A stretch of 64,000 bases of DNA, from contig JAGXQU010000081.1 of NCBI GenBank assembly GCA_018335895.1, positions 8,045 through 72,044 of the forward strand, given 5' to 3'. Below the pieces are notes generated by a model. That model saw nothing but the letters and a program-made list of their open reading frames with translations, did no database searches and was not told the DNA's origin. A program made the position numbers and the translations under genes. Source of the stretch: Hyphomicrobiales bacterium (lineage in GTDB: Bacteria; Pseudomonadota; Alphaproteobacteria; Rhizobiales; Xanthobacteraceae). Below are positions 58,444 through 64,000 of the stretch, piece after piece; positions within the stretch are counted from its first letter, which is position 1; every line of letters starts with the position of its first letter.

Positions 58444-58469
58444 GTGGGAGGGCTCCTTCGCCCTCCCAC
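58444..58469 (-). promoter_or_regulatory. intercistronic stem-loop between dctP and dctQ
   Basis: 10-bp perfect stem GTGGGAGGGC / GCCCTCCCAC with a 6-nt loop. Confidence 0.6.
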
Positions 58470-58479
58470 GATCACGATC

Positions 58480-59496
58480 TTAGTTCGTCTTCTGCGAATC
58501 CAACACGAGATCGAGGATTTCTTTATCGATGTTCTTGTCGAACTGCTTCCAGATCTGCCGGCCCGTTTCCCGCCAGATCTTCATTTCATCGGCGGTAGGA
58601 CGATAGGTCTGCACGCCGAGCTTCTTCGCGTTGGCGCGTGCGGTGTCGCTGTTTTCCTGGTCCAGCTTGTTCGCGTAGATTTCAGCTTCCTTTGCGGCCT
58701 CAAGAACAATCTTCTGAAGATCCGCAGGCAGCTTCTCGAAACGCTCTTTGCGAATCGCGAGAGTCTGGATGCCAATCACGGCCTTGTTCTCTGTTGCGTA
58801 CTTCAGCACTTCGTAGTGCTTCGCCGTGGAGAGCCAGGTCGGCATCACGAATTCGCCGTCGACGACGCCCGAGCCCAGCGCGTTGTACACTTCCGCCCAG
58901 TCGATCGCGGTAGCGATTGCACCCCAATTGCGGAACATCGCGATTTCAACCGGCGATGCGGTGGTACGGAACTTCAGGCCTTTCAGATCATTCGGAACAT
59001 GAATCGGCCGCCTGTTGTTGACGATGTCACGGAATCCGCCGTTGTCGAGCTGCATCAGAAGCTTGAAGCCGGCCTTTTCGAAACGTTCGCTGATGACCTT
59101 GCCGACCTTGCCATCGAGCGCTTTGCGGAACGATGCTTCGTCGTTGAAGACGTAGGGCAGATCCATGAACAGAAGCGCGTTCGTGAAGGCAGCCCAGTTC
59201 GCGTTGGAAGCACCGGCGAAATCGACCGAGCCATTCACCATTGCTTCGAGCGCAGTACGCTCGCTGTAAAGCGAGCCGGCGAGATAGGTTTCGACCTTGA
59301 CTTTGCCGCCCGTCTTCGCGGCAACGATCTCGGCAAACTTGACCATTCCCTTACCGATTGCGTTATCAGCGGTCGCGCCGTGCGCAAGCTTCAACACCGT
59401 CGGTGCCTGCTGAGCGGAGACGCTTGCGGACGCAATCGCCAGACCCATAACAGCGGCGGCTATGCCTCCCGCGAATTTTGCTTTCATTGACACCAT
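58480..59496 (-). CDS. dctP: TRAP transporter substrate-binding protein (DctP)
   Basis: Signal peptide and DctP-family length and sequence; first gene of the TRAP operon. Confidence 0.9.
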   Translation of the reverse strand: MVSMKAKFAGGIAAAVMGLAIASASVSAQQAPTVLKLAHGATADNAIGKGMVKFAEIVAAKTGGKVKVETYLAGSLYSERTALEAMVNGSVDFAGASNANWAAFTNALLFMDLPYVFNDEASFRKALDGKVGKVISERFEKAGFKLLMQLDNGGFRDIVNNRRPIHVPNDLKGLKFRTTASPVEIAMFRNWGAIATAIDWAEVYNALGSGVVDGEFVMPTWLSTAKHYEVLKYATENKAVIGIQTLAIRKERFEKLPADLQKIVLEAAKEAEIYANKLDQENSDTARANAKKLGVQTYRPTADEMKIWRETGRQIWKQFDKNIDKEILDLVLDSQKTN

Positions 59497-59558
59497 CTTA
59501 TCCTCCCTATGTAGCGTTATGTTGGGTTTGACATGAGCACTTGGGTGCTTCTTTTTCT

Positions 59559-61085
59559 TTACATGCCTCGCGAATAGACGAGACGCGTATTCTTTTTCTG
59601 CACGTCGACGTAACGAACCTGCGGCCGTTTTGAGAACTCCTGCACGAGCCGCGCGACCGGACTGAAGCGCGGCGAAGCGAGATCGAGCGGCCCGGCGGCA
59701 AACATTTCGTTCACTTCGTTGCCGGCGAACATGTAGCGAAGGATGAGTTCATCATCGTCCGCGCCCGGATAGGCTTTGCGCAACGACGGAAGCGCGGGCG
59801 GCAGCGGTTGGGGCTTCAGCGGAATCTTCGGCGAACCGTTTGCGATGATACGATCGAGCACGTTGGGCTCAACCGGTGCGAGCAGCTTGCCGAAGTGGCC
59901 GAGCGCATACATCTTCACTTCGTCCGGAACCGTACGATAGCGCTCGCCGCCGACGACATTCAGCATCGCCTGCACGCCGATGATCTGCGAGAACGGCGTA
60001 ACCATAATTGGCCAGCCCAGATCGGCCCGAATCTGAACGATCTCCTGAAGAATTTCCTCGAAGCGGCTTTCGAGCCCCGCTTGCTGCAACTGGAACTTCC
60101 AGTTCGCAAACATTCCGCCTGGCATCTGGTGCTGGTAATGGAACGAGTCGTATTCCATCGGCGCGCCTTTGGCGAAACCCTCCTGCTCAGCAAGTTTTGT
60201 GAGGTATGCGCTGACGTCATCGATCTTGGTCCGGTCGACCTTCGTATCGAAACGGTTAAGCTTCAGATTCTGGAGCGTCGACTGCACCGAAGGTTGCGCG
60301 GGGCCGCTTGCCAGCGGTGCGATCGAAGTGTGCAATTGATCGACACCGAGCTTGATCGCTTCGAGATAAACGAGTGGCGCGAGACCAGTATTGCAATGAC
60401 TATGCAACTCTAGGGGACGCCCACCCATTACGGCCTTGAGCGCCGGCACCAGCGTGCGGATCCGATCTGGCGTGAGCAGAGCGCCCGAGTCCTTGATCAT
60501 GATCGCATCGACATTGCCGCGTTCGATCAATGCCTTCGCGGTCCGCGCATACACTTCGTCGGTGTGAACAGGGCTTTCGCAAAACACGAGCGCGCCCACC
60601 GAATACATGCCAAGCCGCTTCGCGTGATTCACGCTGACCAGCATATTCTCGACGTCGAACAGCGCATCCAGCGTGCCGACCACGCGAAAGCCATTCGCGT
60701 GAAGACGCTCGATCCAGAACTCAACAATATCGTCGGGGACCATGCTAAAGCCGACGAGACTCTTGCTGCGGCAATACCCGCGAAGTGGCGTATTGCGGAA
60801 TTTCTCTCGGAATAGCCGCGCTTTCTCCCACGGATTTTCCTTGAGATAGCGAACGCAGACGTCGAACTGTACCGGCGCCATGAAGTCGATCATCGCGAAG
60901 CCCGCTTCGTCCATGGCTTCCGCGATCGGGAGCATCATCCCGGCCGTCATGCGCGTCGCCCACAGGCACTGCTGCGCGTCGCGAAGTGTCGTATCGATAA
61001 TGTCTATCGTACGCCCGGCTCGCGCGGACGTGCTGGAGGGCGAAGTTCCCGCTGTAGTTTTCGAAGATCGCGCTGCGAAGTTCAT
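59559..61085 (-). CDS. biotin-dependent carboxyltransferase, pyruvate carboxylase B/oxaloacetate decarboxylase alpha-like (no biotinyl domain)
   Basis: 'IDIIDTTLRDAQQCLWATRM' HMGL-like TIM barrel plus a conserved C-terminal region. Confidence 0.85.
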   Translation of the reverse strand: MNFAARSSKTTAGTSPSSTSARAGRTIDIIDTTLRDAQQCLWATRMTAGMMLPIAEAMDEAGFAMIDFMAPVQFDVCVRYLKENPWEKARLFREKFRNTPLRGYCRSKSLVGFSMVPDDIVEFWIERLHANGFRVVGTLDALFDVENMLVSVNHAKRLGMYSVGALVFCESPVHTDEVYARTAKALIERGNVDAIMIKDSGALLTPDRIRTLVPALKAVMGGRPLELHSHCNTGLAPLVYLEAIKLGVDQLHTSIAPLASGPAQPSVQSTLQNLKLNRFDTKVDRTKIDDVSAYLTKLAEQEGFAKGAPMEYDSFHYQHQMPGGMFANWKFQLQQAGLESRFEEILQEIVQIRADLGWPIMVTPFSQIIGVQAMLNVVGGERYRTVPDEVKMYALGHFGKLLAPVEPNVLDRIIANGSPKIPLKPQPLPPALPSLRKAYPGADDDELILRYMFAGNEVNEMFAAGPLDLASPRFSPVARLVQEFSKRPQVRYVDVQKKNTRLVYSRGM

Positions 61086-61097
61086 GCGACGAACCGA

Positions 61098-61610
61098 TTA
61101 GTCCGGTTTCACGAAGAACAGCGGTTGGTCGTCTTCGACCATATCGCCGTCGTTCACGGCAATCGAAACGATGGTTCCCGACACTCCGGCATTTACGGTC
61201 TTAAACAGCTTCATGACCTCGATCATGCAAACGGTGTCGTCCGGGCCCACGCGCTTGCCGACCTCGACATAAGCCGGCTCCGACGGCGAAGGCGCGCGGT
61301 AAAAGCGGCCCAGCATCGGGGCCTTGATCGCAACTGTTCCCGCCTCGCTGTTCGACGATGCAGCCGATGGCGCGACCGAAACCTTGGCCGCAGGTGCACT
61401 TGCATTCCCGACGGTTGCCGCCGGCACAGCCGATGTGGGAGGCGGCATGCTCACGGCCGGCTCGGATACCGTGATCGCAGCCGTCACGCCTTTACGCACA
61501 TGAAGTTTAAACTCTGCGGTCTCCAACTTCACCTCCACGTCGGTGAGGTTGTCGACGACTCGCAGAATCTCTTCGACGTCGCTGTTGGTGAAGGTAGGCG
61601 AATTGGACAT
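61098..61610 (-). CDS. biotin carboxyl carrier protein (AccB-like)
   Basis: Ala/Pro-rich linker and 'CMIEVMKLFKTV' biotinylation motif. Confidence 0.85.
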   Translation of the reverse strand: MSNSPTFTNSDVEEILRVVDNLTDVEVKLETAEFKLHVRKGVTAAITVSEPAVSMPPPTSAVPAATVGNASAPAAKVSVAPSAASSNSEAGTVAIKAPMLGRFYRAPSPSEPAYVEVGKRVGPDDTVCMIEVMKLFKTVNAGVSGTIVSIAVNDGDMVEDDQPLFFVKPD

Positions 61611-61647
61611 GATACTTGACTTAGCCTTCTTAAATTCAAGTCTGCGA

Positions 61648-63009
61648 CTAGACGTCGACGGTATTCACGAGTTCGGCGATGTCATTGCACGACTCCAGCG
61701 TGCGCATGATCTCGACGGAGCGTACGATGCGGTCTTCAGGCAACAGTCCCTCGACACAGCCGCGGTACTTTTCGATGCATTGATCGAAACTGAAGAGGTG
61801 CGGCGGCTGCCCTTTCGAGAGCTTCGGCTCGATCGAAACATCCTTACCGTTTTTAAGGCGATAAACGATCCGAGGCGTCCATCCGGTCGGCGCCCAGCCC
61901 CAATCTTCCCGGATTACCATGCGCACCTTTGACCGGAGCGCACGGAACTCTGCACTCTCGATTTTCGCTCTCGAGAAACTGGACGGAAGAATGCGCGGCT
62001 CCAGCAGGGCGGCAGCGACTGCGTGCGGCAGACTAAACTGTGCCTCGATTTCATTTCCGGGCTCCAGATACTGAACAACCGTCGGGAAGAATGCATTCAC
62101 GTCGATCTGGATTTCGGAAATTTGGTCGGCTGAAATCGTGCCGGCTTCACGTTGTTCAAGCGTCGACTCGATCATCCGCTGCAAATGATAGCAACACGGG
62201 TACTGCTTGATGCCCACTTCAAGTACACGATAAGGCAGTCCCCAGTCCTTCAGAATCCCGGCGGCATTGTCGACCTTCCCGGCCGTGATCAGATTCAGGA
62301 GGCCGCGGGGCGCTTCAAGCACATCGACTTGTCCGGTGAAACCGTCAGCAGCAAGCAACGCAGCAGTAAGTCCGTTGCGCGCGGCGAATCCCATTTCCGC
62401 GATGTGGGCCATCGAACCGGTCTGGTAACCGACACCGCTGCCCTGCGAGGCGGCAATGCTAAGCGCGTGTGTGGTTTTGGCTTCGTCAAGGCGTAGCAGT
62501 TTTGCAGCAGCGACCGCGCAACCCAGTGCACCAGCGAGCGCGAGCACCATATAACCAAGGCGCCGCGCTTCGCGGCAGGCGATACCGATGCGCGCCTGAG
62601 TCTCGTACGCGACCACAAACGCTTCTAGTGCGGTGCGACCGTCGGAATGAAGATGCTGTCCCAGCGCGAAAATCACAGGGAATAATGTGTAACTCGACAC
62701 CGCCTCTGGAAAACTATCGTCTTCATATTCCGTCGCATGTGCATAAGTCGCGTTAGCCAGCGCGGCCCATTCTACGGAAGTCTTCAGATTGGCACCAAAC
62801 ACCGACGCCTCGGTGCTGCCACCAGCACGCTTGACGTATCGAGTAACGATATCGGACCCGGCGCTACGCGGACCCGCCAGCATCGCGCCTAACGCACTCA
62901 TCGCTAGCGTCTTGCTGTATTCGGAAACGTCACTGGGGATCTCGTCCAAGCGAGTTTTCGAAACCCGATGCGCGATCTCCCGGGTTATTGGTGGCGTTGG
63001 CGTCATCAT
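61648..63009 (-). CDS. MmgE/PrpD-family protein (2-methylcitrate dehydratase-like)
   Basis: 453 aa with PrpD-type N- and C-domains. Confidence 0.85.
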   Translation of the reverse strand: MMTPTPPITREIAHRVSKTRLDEIPSDVSEYSKTLAMSALGAMLAGPRSAGSDIVTRYVKRAGGSTEASVFGANLKTSVEWAALANATYAHATEYEDDSFPEAVSSYTLFPVIFALGQHLHSDGRTALEAFVVAYETQARIGIACREARRLGYMVLALAGALGCAVAAAKLLRLDEAKTTHALSIAASQGSGVGYQTGSMAHIAEMGFAARNGLTAALLAADGFTGQVDVLEAPRGLLNLITAGKVDNAAGILKDWGLPYRVLEVGIKQYPCCYHLQRMIESTLEQREAGTISADQISEIQIDVNAFFPTVVQYLEPGNEIEAQFSLPHAVAAALLEPRILPSSFSRAKIESAEFRALRSKVRMVIREDWGWAPTGWTPRIVYRLKNGKDVSIEPKLSKGQPPHLFSFDQCIEKYRGCVEGLLPEDRIVRSVEIMRTLESCNDIAELVNTVDV

Positions 63010-63359
63010 TCTTCTTTCTTATTTGTCTAACGCAATGATATGGAAACATCTATATCTTTCCAACAGCTTTTTTTAGGTTGCCGGAAAAAATGTTGACAAT
63101 CTGGTATCTCCACAAACGATTGATTTATTTAACTTTTCTACGTTCCCTTTGTGCAACATGGATTCCCGCGCGCAAATTCAATCATATCTTTTCTTGGGTG
63201 CGGCGCAGTGAAACCGCGCACGTCGAGAGAACCCCCACGCGCCTAACATTCGCGACACGAGCCATGTGTCTCGATCATGCGTAACGTCATGCAGCCTACT
63301 GGCGTTGCATTGCTCTGCGTGGTTAGTGCCTCTGATGTGCTCAAGAACAAGGAACAACA

Positions 63360-63959
63360 ATGTCTACTGTCGCTGAACACAAGCCGCTGATTGAATCACT
63401 TTGGCCTACGGTCTCGGGGAATGATGCGCGTGGGTTGCTTGGCAAAGTGCTACTCGTCATTGGCGGCAGTTTGCTGCTGACGATGTCTGCGAAGATCAAT
63501 GTGCCGTTCTATCCGGTGCCAATGACCATGCAGACCTTCGCCGTCATCATGATTGGTGCAGCGTTCGGCTGGCGCCTCGGTGCAGCGACGGTGCTGTTTT
63601 ATCTCGCGCAGGGCGCAGTCGGCTTTCCGGTTTTTGCCGGCACGCCCGAAAAAGGCATCGGTCTTGCCTATATGGCGGGACCCACCGGCGGCTATCTCGT
63701 CGGCTTCGTTGCGGGAGCGGCAGTTGCAGGCTGGCTGGCGGAGCGCGGCTGGGACCGCTCGATGCTCCTGCTCGCGCTCGCGATGTTTTTTTCACACGCT
63801 ACGATCTTCGTATTCGGCACGGCGTGGCTGGGCGCTTTGATCGGCTACAAGAATGCGTGGCTCGCCGGCGTCGCACCGTTCTATCTTGCGACAGCGTTCA
63901 AGACCTTGCTCGCCGCGGCATGCCTGAAAACCGGTTGGTCGATGGTGACTCCTCGCTGA
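63360..63959 (+). CDS. bioY: biotin transporter BioY
   Basis: 'PVPMTMQTFAVIMIGAAFGWRLGA...AGPTGGYLVGF'. Confidence 0.9.
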   Translation: MSTVAEHKPLIESLWPTVSGNDARGLLGKVLLVIGGSLLLTMSAKINVPFYPVPMTMQTFAVIMIGAAFGWRLGAATVLFYLAQGAVGFPVFAGTPEKGIGLAYMAGPTGGYLVGFVAGAAVAGWLAERGWDRSMLLLALAMFFSHATIFVFGTAWLGALIGYKNAWLAGVAPFYLATAFKTLLAAACLKTGWSMVTPR

Positions 63960-64000
63960 CGACGCGAGCATCGAGTGCGATCGAGACTCCGATCGAGCGT

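Overview
Mosaic, GC-rich bacterial segment. The gene content looks alphaproteobacterial (ECF sigma/NrsF pair, TRAP transporter, DUF3489-DUF2924-serine recombinase cassette), but this is an inference with no rRNA to confirm it. Left to right there are five parts. (1) 0.2-15.8 kb is a heavy-metal resistance module. It holds a CzcI-like gene, czcCBA plus a small exported protein, czcD, a CzcN-like ICMT membrane protein, an ECF sigma/NrsF anti-sigma pair with two sigmaF-type promoter motifs, an HXXEE membrane protein and a second CzcI-like paralog. It also holds an AT-richer patch with an Asp/Asn beta-hydroxylase-like gene and a divergent MerR regulator/P1B-ATPase pair with a textbook MerR-type promoter. 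(2) 15.85-24.74 kb is a compact integrative element. It carries an XRE repressor, a PD-(D/E)xK-like protein, a beta-CASP-like MBL nuclease, a ParB-methyltransferase, a small-terminase-like DUF5681 protein, a large terminase, DUF3489, DUF2924 and a large serine recombinase. It has no capsid, portal or tail genes and is bracketed by 17-18 nt direct repeats. (3) 24.76-30.35 kb is the most interesting locus. Five translationally coupled minus-strand genes encode a triple-beta-grasp 'multiubiquitin' protein, a Cys-free E2-like/E1 (ThiF) fusion, a DUF6527-like Zn protein, a patatin phospholipase and a CD-NTase-like nucleotidyltransferase ending in Gly-Gly. A CapH/CapP-like HTH + ImmA/IrrE metallopeptidase pair is transcribed divergently. 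I read this as a CBASS-like system wired to a non-canonical ubiquitin-like conjugation module. (4) 30.69-30.74 kb is an orphan 3' half of tRNA-Gln(UUG), an island-junction scar, with nearby short repeats. (5) 30.86-64 kb is a catabolic and transport region, mostly on the minus strand. It includes a GMC oxidoreductase, LysR, a lactonase-like MBL, an SDR, YeiH, a DadA-like dehydrogenase, a class III aminotransferase, hydantoinase/oxoprolinase A+B, two GntR regulators and a TPP enzyme. It also includes an ADP-forming acyl-CoA synthetase pair, two separate biotin-dependent carboxylase modules, a TRAP transporter, a PrpD-family protein and BioY. I found no rRNA, intact tRNA, CRISPR array or transposase. 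Many long ORFs in the track are antisense shadow ORFs of GC-rich genes and were discarded.
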